This document shows, piece by piece, positions 8,826-17,778 of a stretch of DNA of 47,839 nt (position 1 is the stretch's first letter; each line of letters starts with the position of its first letter). A program made the position numbers and the translations under genes. Below the pieces are notes generated by a model. That model was given only the letters and a program-made list of their open reading frames with translations. It did no database searches and was not told the DNA's origin. The DNA comes from Vicinamibacterales bacterium (GTDB lineage Bacteria; Acidobacteriota; Vicinamibacteria; Vicinamibacterales; UBA2999): contig JBFXBH010000005.1 in the NCBI GenBank assembly GCA_050183355.1, forward strand, positions 1 through 47,839, read 5' to 3'.

Positions 8826-10877
8826 ATGCGCACGCTGATCACGCGCACCGGATTGCTGCTCGCGGCGCTGACGCTCGCCGTGCAGGGCGTGCCTGTCTCA
8901 GGTCAGCAGCAGGGCGGGACCGCCGCTCAGGGTGGTCCGCCCGCGCAGACGCCGCCTCCCGTCGAGGTGCCGGGGCAGGACGTCATCCCGACCTTTCGAT
9001 CCGGCATCAACTTCGTCCGTGTGGACGCCATCGTCACGGACCGGAAGGGCGAGCCGGTCGACGACTTGACGATCGACGACTTCCAGATCCAGGAAGACGG
9101 CGCGCCCCAGACCATCGAACAGTTCAAGCTGATCCGCGTCGACAAGTCGTCGCGTCCGCCGGACGAGCCGATCCGCGAGATCCGCGACCGCGACGACGTC
9201 GAGCGCGAGGCGGCGTATGACGACGTCCGCGTGTTCGTCTTCTTCTTCGACGACTACCACACGCGGGACCTGAACGCGATGTCCATCCGCCGGTACCTGC
9301 AGGAGTTCGTGGCGACGCAACTCCGGCCGGCCGACATGGTGGCGTTCATGTATCCGCTGTCGCCGCTCGACACGATCACCTTCACCCGCGACCAGCGGCG
9401 CATCGCGTCGGCGATCGACCGGTTCGTCGGGCGCAAGTACAAGTACGAGCCATTGAACGTCTTCGAGCAGCGGTACGCCAACGCGCCGACCGAGCAGGTG
9501 GAGATGATCCGGAACCAGGTCGTGGTCGGGGCCCTGCGCGGACTGGCCACCTTCCTCGGGGGCATAGGGGACGGCCGGAAGGCGATCATCTACGTCGGTG
9601 AAGGGCTCAGCACCTCGCTGCCGCCGAGCATGCGGAACCAGAACGCGCAGTTCGCGAACCCGCTGAGCGCGCGCCAGGACAGCCCGATCGAGGACACCGC
9701 GGCGTTCTTCAACTACACGGACGTGCTCCAGCGGGTGCGCGACATCACCGACGCGGCGAACCGCACGAACACGTCGTTCTACACGGTCGATCCGCGCGGA
9801 CTGGCGGTCAGCGAGTTTCAGATCGACGAGATCGCCTCGTTCGAGGCGGACCGCCGGATCCTGCAGCAGACGCAGGACATCCTGCGCACGTTTGCCGAAC
9901 AGACGGACGGGCGCGCCATCGTCGGCCGGAACGACATCGCGAAGGGGCTGGCGCAGGCGGTGAAGGACTCCAGCGCGTACTACCTGCTCGGCTACAACTC
10001 CACGCAGGCGCCGTCCGACGGCCGGTTCCACACCATCAAGGTCACGTTGTCCGAGCGGGCGCGCAGGCGCGGCCTCCAGCTCCGGGCGCGCCGGGGGTAC
10101 CTGGCGCCGACGGCCGAGGACGTCCGCCGCGTGACGGCCGCGCCGGTGTCGGTGGTGCCGAAGCCGGTCGCCGAGGCCGTGGCGTCGTTGTCCGCGCGGC
10201 CGGCCTCGCATCAGGTCGCGCGGAACAGCCTCGTCGCGTCGCGTGGCCGCGACGGGAAGACGGCCGTCACGTTTCTGTGGGAGGCCCTTCCGGCGATTCC
10301 CGGCGCGCGGCGCGAGCCCCCGGCGCGTGTCTCGCTCATCGCGGCCACGGCGGCCGGTTCGCTCGTGTTCCGCGGCAAGGTCCCGGCGGTGACGGCGCCG
10401 CCGTCCGCCGGCAGCCCGCCCGCGCCCGCGGGCAGCGTGTCGTTCGAGGCCGCCCCGGGGCCGCTGCAGCTCCGGATCAGCGTGGAGTCCGAATCGGGCA
10501 GCGTGCTGGACAGCGAGATCAGGGAGTGGGTCGTCCCGCCGGTGGCGTCGGGCCTGAGCACGCCCCGGGTGTTTCGTGCGCGCACCGTCCGCGACGTCCA
10601 GACGCTCGTGAGGGACTGGGCAGCGCTCCCGACGCTGTCGCGCGAGTTCTTCAGGGCCGAGCGCGTCCTCGTCCGCGTCGAGGCGTACGACGGCGCGCCG
10701 ACGGCGGTGCTGCTGAATCGCGCGGGGGAGCGGATGGCCGAGGTGCCGGTGCAGGCCCTGACCGCCCCGGCGTATTACCTCGAGCTCGTGCTGGCCGCGC
10801 TGGCGCCCGGCGAGTATCTGATCGAGCTCGCGTCGGGTTCCGCGCGGGAACTGGTTCCCCTGAAGGTCGGCGCCTGA
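8826..10877 (+). CDS. VWFA-related acidobacterial-domain protein (exported)
   Basis: Frame of ORF 8739..10877, trimmed to MRTLITRTGLLLAALTLAVQGVPVSGQ (signal peptide). FRSGINFVRVDAIVTDRKGEPVDDLTIDDFQIQEDGAPQTIEQFKL matches my memory of the TIGR03436-type N-terminal signature. Confidence 0.78.
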   Translation: MRTLITRTGLLLAALTLAVQGVPVSGQQQGGTAAQGGPPAQTPPPVEVPGQDVIPTFRSGINFVRVDAIVTDRKGEPVDDLTIDDFQIQEDGAPQTIEQFKLIRVDKSSRPPDEPIREIRDRDDVEREAAYDDVRVFVFFFDDYHTRDLNAMSIRRYLQEFVATQLRPADMVAFMYPLSPLDTITFTRDQRRIASAIDRFVGRKYKYEPLNVFEQRYANAPTEQVEMIRNQVVVGALRGLATFLGGIGDGRKAIIYVGEGLSTSLPPSMRNQNAQFANPLSARQDSPIEDTAAFFNYTDVLQRVRDITDAANRTNTSFYTVDPRGLAVSEFQIDEIASFEADRRILQQTQDILRTFAEQTDGRAIVGRNDIAKGLAQAVKDSSAYYLLGYNSTQAPSDGRFHTIKVTLSERARRRGLQLRARRGYLAPTAEDVRRVTAAPVSVVPKPVAEAVASLSARPASHQVARNSLVASRGRDGKTAVTFLWEALPAIPGARREPPARVSLIAATAAGSLVFRGKVPAVTAPPSAGSPPAPAGSVSFEAAPGPLQLRISVESESGSVLDSEIREWVVPPVASGLSTPRVFRARTVRDVQTLVRDWAALPTLSREFFRAERVLVRVEAYDGAPTAVLLNRAGERMAEVPVQALTAPAYYLELVLAALAPGEYLIELASGSARELVPLKVGA

Positions 10878-10892
10878 GCGTCCGCGTCGGAG

Positions 10893-10920
10893 TCCGGCGG
10901 GGTGGCCCGACCCCGTCGGA
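10893..10920 (+). terminator. GC-rich hairpin after the VWFA gene (no U-tract)
   Basis: TCCGGCGGGGT, a 6-nt loop, then ACCCCGTCGGA give 11 bp with one G-U pair. Confidence 0.35.
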
Positions 10921-10947
10921 ACAGGTCGGTGACGGGGCCCGCGCAGT

Positions 10948-10953
10948 TATAAT
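10948..10953 (+). promoter_or_regulatory. consensus -10 TATAAT, 11 nt upstream of the B12-subunit ATG
   Basis: The sequence reads gcgcagtTATAATgaacggactctATG. No SD lies between them. Confidence 0.45.
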
Positions 10954-10964
10954 GAACGGACTCT

Positions 10965-11375
10965 ATGGGGCAGAGCATCCGAGTTGTCATCGCCAAGCCG
11001 GGCCTGGACGGCCATGACCGGGGCGCCAAGGTAATCGCCAGGGCCCTGCGGGATGCCGGTATGGAGGTCGTCTATACCGGCCTGCGGCAGACGCCCGAGC
11101 AGATCGTCTCGACCGCGCTGCAGGAGGACGCCGACGTCATCGGCCTGTCCATTCTCTCGGGCGCCCACCTGCACATCTGCCCGCGGATCATGGAACTGCT
11201 CAAGGCGCAGGGAATGGAGGATGTGACCGTCGTGGTCGGCGGCATCATTCCGGACGCCGACATCCCGGTCCTGAACGGCCTCGGCATTCACGGCGTGTTC
11301 CTGCCCGGGACACCGATGCAGGACGTCGTCAACTACATCAGCGGACACGTGCGTCCGCGCGCCGTGCACGCCTGA
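10965..11375 (+). CDS. cobalamin-binding small subunit/domain of methylmalonyl-CoA-mutase type
   Basis: ORF 10965..11375. [64 protein letters not shown] contains the DxHxxG B12 motif and is typical of the mutase C-terminal domain. Confidence 0.85.
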   Translation: MGQSIRVVIAKPGLDGHDRGAKVIARALRDAGMEVVYTGLRQTPEQIVSTALQEDADVIGLSILSGAHLHICPRIMELLKAQGMEDVTVVVGGIIPDADIPVLNGLGIHGVFLPGTPMQDVVNYISGHVRPRAVHA

Positions 11376-11389
11376 GCCGTCCGCTTCGC

Positions 11390-12886
11390 ATGGCGCACAT
11401 CCTGCTGCTGGCCGAACCCAGTCTCACCATCCAGCGAGTTGTTCAGTTGACGTTCGCGAACGAGGACATCGATGTCGTCGTCGCGTCCGACGGAGCGGAG
11501 GCGCTCGAGCAGGCCGAGCGCCTGCGGCCGGCCGTGGTGCTGGCCGACGTGGCGCTGGCGCGGATGAACGGGTACGACCTCGCGGCGCAATTCAAGCGGG
11601 ACCCGCGCTTCGCCGGCGTGCCGGTCGTGCTGCTGTCCGGCGCGTTCGAGCGTGTCGATACCGTCCGGGCGACCGCGAGCGGCTGCGACCTGGTGTTGAG
11701 CAAGCCGTTCGAGCCGCGCCATCTCCTCGCGCACGTGAAGGGGTTGCTGGCCGGTGCAGCTGTGGCCGGCGCGCCGCAGGAGGTGGCGCCCCACGAGGCT
11801 GCGCCGGTCGAACCGGCGGGGTTTTCATCGCCCGCGCAGGAGCCGCCCCCGGCGCCACCGGCGCCCCCACCGGCGGCCGCCTCGCCGGATGCCGATCCCT
11901 CGGGGCTGTACTCGATGCCACGCGTGGGAGACCTGACGCTCCGGCGTCCGCCCCCGGCGGCCGACCCCGCGCCGGTGCCGCCGCCGGCGGTGCTCGCGGC
12001 GGAACCCCCGGCAGAGCCGGTGAGTCCACCGCCGTCGATTCCGGCCGAACTCCCCCCGGTGCTTGCAGACCGGATGCGACCCGGGTCGAGCGAAGCACCC
12101 CGGGTGACTCGGCGGCCGGCGGAGCCGCCCCCGCCGATGGAGCCTGTGCCGTCGTTCGAGATGCTCGCGCTGACGAACAAGGCGATGCGGCTCGTGCCGC
12201 CGCCTTCGGTGCCTGACGAACCGGACCCTGAGCCCGACGCGGTTGGCCCGGCGCCGGAACCCGTGCCGGCGAACCGCGGCGCCGGCCACGACCTGGGCGA
12301 CCTGATTCCGTCGCTCGACGACTACTTCGACCAGCTGGACGCGGCATTCGCGTCCGGTGGGGACACGTCGTTCCGGCGGGCACCGGACGCGCCGCCGCCC
12401 GAACCGCCTCCGCCGCCCCGGGCCCCTCAGCGGCGGGCGGCCCCCCCGCCGCCGGAGCCACCGGCGGCGTCCCCGGCTGTGCCGGTACCGCCGCCCGGCG
12501 ATCCGCTGATGCCTCCGCCGCCTCAGGCATTCGTCGAGCGGCGGAAGACCGACGAACCGCGGGTCGAGACCGCGGAGGACCGCGGCCCGGCGGTGAGTCC
12601 GTTCTCGACCCTGCGGCTCGAGCCGCCGGATCCGCGGCCGGCACCGGCCGCCTCGGTGACGATCGACGATGCCTACGACGCGCTGATGAAGCAACTCCAG
12701 GAACCGAAACAACGGCCGTCAGTGGTCGCACTCCGGGCGGACGACGAACTGCTCGTCGAGCGCGCGGTCGAGCGCGTGCTGGCGCAGCTGGACACCGCCG
12801 CGGTCCGGGACGCGATGTCCGAAGTCGTCACGACCCTCACGAAGAAGGTGATCGCGGAAGAGATCGAACGGATCCGGCGTCCCTGA
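11390..12886 (+). CDS. response-regulator receiver domain protein with about 300-aa Pro-rich linker and short conserved helical C-terminus (RomR-like architecture)
   Basis: ORF 11390..12886. REC features are VVLADVAL (phospho-Asp), VVLLSGAF and LSKPF. The first acidic pair is replaced by AE (ILLLAEPS). It ends ...AMSEVVTTLTKKVIAEEIERIRRP. Confidence 0.7.
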   Translation: MAHILLLAEPSLTIQRVVQLTFANEDIDVVVASDGAEALEQAERLRPAVVLADVALARMNGYDLAAQFKRDPRFAGVPVVLLSGAFERVDTVRATASGCDLVLSKPFEPRHLLAHVKGLLAGAAVAGAPQEVAPHEAAPVEPAGFSSPAQEPPPAPPAPPPAAASPDADPSGLYSMPRVGDLTLRRPPPAADPAPVPPPAVLAAEPPAEPVSPPPSIPAELPPVLADRMRPGSSEAPRVTRRPAEPPPPMEPVPSFEMLALTNKAMRLVPPPSVPDEPDPEPDAVGPAPEPVPANRGAGHDLGDLIPSLDDYFDQLDAAFASGGDTSFRRAPDAPPPEPPPPPRAPQRRAAPPPPEPPAASPAVPVPPPGDPLMPPPPQAFVERRKTDEPRVETAEDRGPAVSPFSTLRLEPPDPRPAPAASVTIDDAYDALMKQLQEPKQRPSVVALRADDELLVERAVERVLAQLDTAAVRDAMSEVVTTLTKKVIAEEIERIRRP

Positions 12887-12898
12887 TACGCTCTTCCC

Positions 12899-15436
12899 GT
12901 GAATCTCCCTGAGAAGCCGGCCCTCGAAGGGCTGGAAGCCAAGTGGCGTGCCCGGTGGGACGCCGACGGCACGTACCGGTTCGACCGCGCCCGCCGGCGC
13001 GACCAGATCTTCTCGATCGACACCCCGCCCCCGACCGTCAGCGGATCGCTGCACGTCGGACACGTCTTCTCCTACACGCACACCGACGTCATCGCACGCT
13101 TCCAGCGCATGCGCGGCCGCGAAGTGTTCTATCCGATGGGGTGGGACGACAACGGGCTGCCGACCGAGCGCCGCGTGCAGAACTACTTCGGCGTGAAGTG
13201 CGACCCGTCGCTGCCGTACGTGCCGGGTTTCGAGCCGCCCGCGGCACCGGGCAAGCAGCCCGTGCCGGTCTCGCGTCCGAACTTCATCGAGCTGTGCGTC
13301 CGGCTGACGGCCGAGGACGAGGGCGCCTTCGAGGAGCTCTGGCGCCAGCTCGGACTCTCGGTCGACTGGTCGCACACCTACGCGACGATCGGCCGCCGCG
13401 CGCAGCGCGTGTCGCAGGCCTCGTTCCTCCGGTTGCTCGGCAGCGGCCTGGCCTACCAGCTGGAGGCGCCGACGCTCTGGGACGTGGACTTCCGCACCGC
13501 GGTGGCGCAGGCGGAGCTCGAGGATCGCGAACAGCCCGGCGCCTATCACCGCCTGCGTTTCCCATCGGCGGTGACACCCGGCGCGGGCGTCGAGATCGAG
13601 ACCACGCGGCCGGAACTGCTGCCGGCGTGCGTGGCACTGGTCGCGCATCCCGACGACGCGCGCTATCGGCCGCTTGTCGGCACCGACGTCGTGACGCCGC
13701 TGTTCGGCGTGCGTGTGCCCGTGCTCGCGCACCCGCTCGCCGACCCTGAGAAGGGCAGCGGCATCGCGATGATCTGCACGTTCGGCGACCTCACCGACGT
13801 CACGTGGTGGCGCGAGCTCGGGTTGCCGGTGCGGGCCGTCATCCAGGCGAACGGCACGCTCAGGCCGGTGACGTTCGGCGCGGCCGGATGGGAGTCGACG
13901 GATGCCGCCGTGGCGCAGGCGGCCTACGACCAGCTCGCGGGACTCGCGGCCGCGAAGGCCCGCACGAAGATCGTGGAACTGCTGCGTGAATCGGGCGCCC
14001 TGCTCGGGGAGCCCCGGCCGATCACGCACGCGGTGAAGTTCTTCGAGAAGGGCGACCGGCCGCTCGAGATTGTGACGAGCCGGCAGTGGTTCATCCGGAG
14101 CACGACGTTCAAGGACGCACTGCTGGCCCGGGGGCGCGAGTTGCGGTGGTTCCCCGACTTCATGCGGGTCCGCTACGAGAACTGGGTCAACGGCCTGGCC
14201 GGCGACTGGTGCGTCAGCCGCCAGCGCTTCTTCGGCGTGCCGTTCCCGCTCTGGTATCCGGTGGCCGCCGACGGCAGTCCGGACTACGGCCGGCCGATCG
14301 TGCCCGCCGAGGCCCGCCTGCCGATCGACCCCTCGACGGACGTGCCGGAGGGCTACACCGACGCGCAGCGCAACGTGCCCGGCGGCTTCACCGGCGACCC
14401 CGACGTCATGGACACCTGGGCGACGTCGTCCCTGACGCCGCTCATCGCCGGAGGGTGGCTGGAGGACGAAGACCTGCTGGGCCGCGTGTTTCCGATGGAC
14501 CTCCGGCCCCAGGGGCAGGACATCATCCGGACGTGGCTGTTCTCGACCGTGCTGCGCGCGCACGCGGAGCGCGCCACGCTGCCGTGGGCGAACGCGGCCA
14601 TCTCCGGCTTCATCACCGACCCCGACCGCAAGAAGATGTCGAAGTCGAAGGGGAACGTCGTCACGCCGAAGGCGCTGCTCGACGAGTACGGGTCTGACGG
14701 CGTGCGCTACTGGGCCGCCAGTGCCCGTCCGGGCGCCGACTGCGTCTACGACCCGGCCGAGATGAAGGTGGGGCGCCGCCTGGCGATCAAGCTGCTGAAC
14801 GCGTCGCGCTTCGCGCTGCTGCAGACCGAGCCGGTCGGGGCCATCACGGAGCCGCTGGACCGCGGCATGCTGACCGCGCTCGCGCGGCTCGTCGACGAGT
14901 CGACGGAGCAGCTCGAGCAGTACGACTACGCCCGCGTCCTGGAACGGACGGAGCGGTTCTTCTGGTCGTTCTGCGACGACTACCTCGAGCTGGTCAAGGG
15001 CCGCCGGTACGGCGACTTCACACCGGCCGGTGCCGCGTCCGCCAACAGCGCCATGCGGGTGGCGCTCTCCGCGCTGCTGCGCCTGTTCGCGCCGTATCTG
15101 CCGTTTGTCACCGAGGAGGTCTGGTCGTGGTGGCAGCCCGGTTCCGTGCATCGCGCGTCGTGGCCGACGGCCGCGGAGGTCACGCGTGAGATCGGCGGCC
15201 AGGATCTGGACGCGGTCGGCGTGCTGGAGCAGACGCAGGCCGCGCTGGCCGAGGTGCGGCGGATCCGCGCGGCGCAGAAGCGCGGCGGCAAGTCGATGAT
15301 CGCCGCGGCGCAGATTCCCGCGTCGTACGCCCGCCTCGCCCGGCAGGACTTCTCCGCGGCGCTGCACATCCAGGCGCTGACGTTTGGTGAGGTGGCCGAG
15401 CCGCAGCTGACGTTCGCCGAGGACGCGGCGCCGTGA
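12899..15436 (+). CDS. valS: valine--tRNA ligase
   Basis: ORF 12899..15436. PPPTVSGSLHVGHVFSYTHTDVIARFQRMRG carries the HIGH-type motif and KMSKSKGNVV the KMSKS motif. The length of 845 aa is ValRS-like. Confidence 0.95.
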   Translation: MNLPEKPALEGLEAKWRARWDADGTYRFDRARRRDQIFSIDTPPPTVSGSLHVGHVFSYTHTDVIARFQRMRGREVFYPMGWDDNGLPTERRVQNYFGVKCDPSLPYVPGFEPPAAPGKQPVPVSRPNFIELCVRLTAEDEGAFEELWRQLGLSVDWSHTYATIGRRAQRVSQASFLRLLGSGLAYQLEAPTLWDVDFRTAVAQAELEDREQPGAYHRLRFPSAVTPGAGVEIETTRPELLPACVALVAHPDDARYRPLVGTDVVTPLFGVRVPVLAHPLADPEKGSGIAMICTFGDLTDVTWWRELGLPVRAVIQANGTLRPVTFGAAGWESTDAAVAQAAYDQLAGLAAAKARTKIVELLRESGALLGEPRPITHAVKFFEKGDRPLEIVTSRQWFIRSTTFKDALLARGRELRWFPDFMRVRYENWVNGLAGDWCVSRQRFFGVPFPLWYPVAADGSPDYGRPIVPAEARLPIDPSTDVPEGYTDAQRNVPGGFTGDPDVMDTWATSSLTPLIAGGWLEDEDLLGRVFPMDLRPQGQDIIRTWLFSTVLRAHAERATLPWANAAISGFITDPDRKKMSKSKGNVVTPKALLDEYGSDGVRYWAASARPGADCVYDPAEMKVGRRLAIKLLNASRFALLQTEPVGAITEPLDRGMLTALARLVDESTEQLEQYDYARVLERTERFFWSFCDDYLELVKGRRYGDFTPAGAASANSAMRVALSALLRLFAPYLPFVTEEVWSWWQPGSVHRASWPTAAEVTREIGGQDLDAVGVLEQTQAALAEVRRIRAAQKRGGKSMIAAAQIPASYARLARQDFSAALHIQALTFGEVAEPQLTFAEDAAP

Positions 15437-16287
15437 AGCGCGTGCCGTTCGAGCCGCTCGACCCCGGGCAGTTCCGCGACCTGGTCCGCCGGGCGCTGGC
15501 CGAAGACATCGGCTGGGGCGACGTGACGACGAACGAGCTGGTGCCCGGCGACGCGATGGCGCGCGGGGTGGTGGTGGCGAAGGCGCCGTGCACGGTCGCG
15601 GGCCTCGACGTCGCGGCGGAGGCCTTCCGCCAGCTCGACCCGGCCGTCGTGCTGACCGTGCACCGCGCGGACGGCGCCGCGTGCGCGGCCGGCGAGGCCG
15701 TGGCCACCGTGACGGGACGGGCGACGGCCCTGATCACCGCCGAGCGCGTGGCGCTGAACTTCCTGCAGCGGCTGTCCGGCGTCGCCACGCTGACCCGCGC
15801 GTTCGTCGACGCGGCGGCCGGCCGGATCACCGTGCTCGACACGCGGAAGACGACGCCCCTGCTGCGCGCGCTCGAGAAGTACGCCGTGCGGGCGGGCGGC
15901 GGCGTGAACCACCGGTTCCGGCTCGACGACGCCATCCTGATCAAGGACAACCATCTGCGCCTCGGCGGCGGCGTGATGGCCACGGTGACGGCGATGCGTA
16001 CGCGGCGGCGCGACCTGGTGACCGAGGTCGAGGTCGACACGCTGGCGCAGCTCGACGAGGCGCTGGCCGCCGGGGCCGAGCTCGTGCTGCTCGACAACAT
16101 GACGACGGCCGACATCATCGAAGCCGTCCGCCGATGCGACGGCCGGGTCCGCACCGAGATCTCCGGCAACGTCACGCTGGCCCGCATGCCCGAACTGGCG
16201 GCCACCGGCGCCGACTACGTCTCGGTCGGCGCGCTGACGCACTCGGCGCCCGCCATCGATCTCAGCTTCGAACTTGAGCTCCTCTGA
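15433..16287 (+). CDS. nadC: nicotinate-nucleotide diphosphorylase (carboxylating)
   Basis: ORF 15433..16287. LAEDIGWGDVTT, TAERVALNFLQRLSGVAT and DTRKTTPLLRALEKYAVRAGGGVNHR are present. GTGA start/stop overlap with valS. Confidence 0.9.
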   Translation: MKRVPFEPLDPGQFRDLVRRALAEDIGWGDVTTNELVPGDAMARGVVVAKAPCTVAGLDVAAEAFRQLDPAVVLTVHRADGAACAAGEAVATVTGRATALITAERVALNFLQRLSGVATLTRAFVDAAAGRITVLDTRKTTPLLRALEKYAVRAGGGVNHRFRLDDAILIKDNHLRLGGGVMATVTAMRTRRRDLVTEVEVDTLAQLDEALAAGAELVLLDNMTTADIIEAVRRCDGRVRTEISGNVTLARMPELAATGADYVSVGALTHSAPAIDLSFELELL

Positions 16288-17077
16288 ACACGTCGCGGTG
16301 CCGCCGGAGGCCGCCGAGGCCCTCGCGCGGACGCGCGCGGCCCGCGGCGCCATGGGCGCGACGGTCACGTGGTACGCGGCGACGTCGTCGACCAACGACC
16401 GCGCGAGCGAAGCCGCGGCCGCCGGCGCGCCGCACGGTGCGGTGTACGTCGCGGATGCCCAGTCAGCCGGCCGTGGCCGTCAGGGGCGGGTGTGGCAGTC
16501 GCCGGCCGGCGCCGGGCTGTACTGTTCAGTGGTGCTCGAGGTGCCCGCCCGCGCCGTGCCGCTCGTCACGTTGATGGCAGGCGTGGCCGCCGCGGACGGG
16601 ATCCGCGAGACCACGGGGTTCACCGTGCAGCTCAAGTGGCCGAACGACCTCTGGGCCGATGGCCGCAAGCTCGGCGGGATCCTGGCTGAGGTGGCGCAGA
16701 CCGGGGGAGCCGGATCCCGCATCGTGGTCGGCATCGGCATCAACGTGACGGCGGCGGCGCTGCCTCCGGATGTTGCGGCCCTGGCGACCTCGCTCGAAGG
16801 TGAACTCGGCCGGACCGTGGACCGCGGCGTGCTGCTCGCCGAACTGCTGGTCGCGCTCGAACGGCGCGTGACGGGTCTCGTGGCGGGAGACGAGGCGGGC
16901 ATCCTGACGACGTGGCGCGAGCTGGCCGCGCCGCTGATGGGGCGCCGCGTGGAGTGGGACGCCGGCGACGCTGTGCGCGACGGTCGTGCGGCCGGCCTGG
17001 CCGACGACGGCGCGCTGATCGTCGAGACGTCCACGGGCGAGGTGCGGCTCCGGGCCGGTGAGGTGCGGTGGCGATGA
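16274..17077 (+). CDS. birA: biotin--[acetyl-CoA-carboxylase] ligase (no HTH domain)
   Basis: ORF 16274..17077. SAGRGRQGRVWQSPAGAGLYCSVVL and KWPNDLWADGRKLGGILAE are present. The start is uncertain: TTG 16274, or GTG 16298 in frame. Confidence 0.85.
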   Translation: MSSSEHVAVPPEAAEALARTRAARGAMGATVTWYAATSSTNDRASEAAAAGAPHGAVYVADAQSAGRGRQGRVWQSPAGAGLYCSVVLEVPARAVPLVTLMAGVAAADGIRETTGFTVQLKWPNDLWADGRKLGGILAEVAQTGGAGSRIVVGIGINVTAAALPPDVAALATSLEGELGRTVDRGVLLAELLVALERRVTGLVAGDEAGILTTWRELAAPLMGRRVEWDAGDAVRDGRAAGLADDGALIVETSTGEVRLRAGEVRWR

Positions 17078-17778
17078 CGACGGGCGAGTACTGCCGCGCG
17101 GTCGAGGCGTATCTGTGCCGCGTCAACGGCGGTCATCTCGTGCGCATCGTCGGCCCGTCGTTCGACCGCGTCTGCGGGTGGGAGGCGACGGGGATTCCGC
17201 TGCGCATCGTCTGCGCGGGCATCGACCGGGCCGTCGAGCGGCGCCGGGCGAAGGGGGCGCGCCGGCCGCTGCCGATCGACTTCTGCGAGGCCGACATCCT
17301 GGACGTCTTCGAGGAGTGGCGCCGGGCCGTCGGCGTGTCCGGGCTGACCGGCGGGGTCGCGGAGGCAGCGAGCGAGCCGGCGGAGGCACGCCGGGCGCCG
17401 TCGGTGGGCGGTCATCTCGATCGCGTGATCGCCCGGCTGACCGGGCGGCGCGGCGGAACGGCGGGACCGCTCGACAGCCATCTCGACGCGCTGGTCCGCG
17501 AGCTGGATGCGATGCGCAGTCAGGCCCGGGGCGTGCGCGGCGACGCCCGCGCGGCGCTGGTGGCGCGGCTGGCCGGGCTCGACCGCGCGCTGCTCGACGC
17601 CGCGTGGGCGCAGGTGGACGACGCGTCGCGCGCGGCGATGGGCGAGGATGCCGACCGCGAGCTCGCGCCGTTTCGCGACCGGATGACGCCCGAGGCCTGG
17701 CAGCGGGCGCGGGACGCCTGCGTGGCCCGGATCCTCCGCGACCGCGCACGCCTGCCCGTGGTGGCCTTCGATGTCTGA
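17074..17778 (+). CDS. hypothetical protein (Cys-containing N-terminal domain, Arg/Ala-rich helical C-terminal half)
   Basis: Frame of ORF 17068..17778. ATG 17074 forms an ATGA overlap with the birA stop. The stop overlaps the next gene's ATG by 8 nt. Third-position GC is high throughout. I recognise no family. Confidence 0.6.
   Translation: MTTGEYCRAVEAYLCRVNGGHLVRIVGPSFDRVCGWEATGIPLRIVCAGIDRAVERRRAKGARRPLPIDFCEADILDVFEEWRRAVGVSGLTGGVAEAASEPAEARRAPSVGGHLDRVIARLTGRRGGTAGPLDSHLDALVRELDAMRSQARGVRGDARAALVARLAGLDRALLDAAWAQVDDASRAAMGEDADRELAPFRDRMTPEAWQRARDACVARILRDRARLPVVAFDV

Noticed and set aside
11800-12650. Highly repetitive CCG/GCC-rich DNA (and the similar GCC/AAG-rich stretch at 3950..4330) as possible tandem repeats or CRISPR-like arrays
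   Set aside because: These are in-frame low-complexity coding regions (the Pro-rich linker and the Ala/Lys/Pro-rich H1-like tail). They have no fixed repeat unit or spacer architecture.
10965-12886. B12-binding domain next to a response regulator as a possible cobalamin/light-sensing two-component module
   Set aside because: The 136-aa protein matches the catalytic-type methylmalonyl-CoA-mutase small subunit almost motif for motif ([13 protein letters not shown]..., GLSILSGAH), not CarH-like photoreceptors. There is no MerR or kinase partner. The adjacency is most simply incidental, though the large mutase subunit is not in this window.
12719-15367. 882-aa ORF antisense to valS. Comparable antisense or out-of-frame ORFs include 22546..24477 opposite argS, 33857..34948 opposite prfB, 8898..10211 opposite the VWFA gene, and 44645..46321 opposite the DnaC-like gene and hemW.
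   Set aside because: Same reasoning applies. The sense-strand genes carry diagnostic motifs, and the antisense translations are Arg/Gly/Pro-rich noise.
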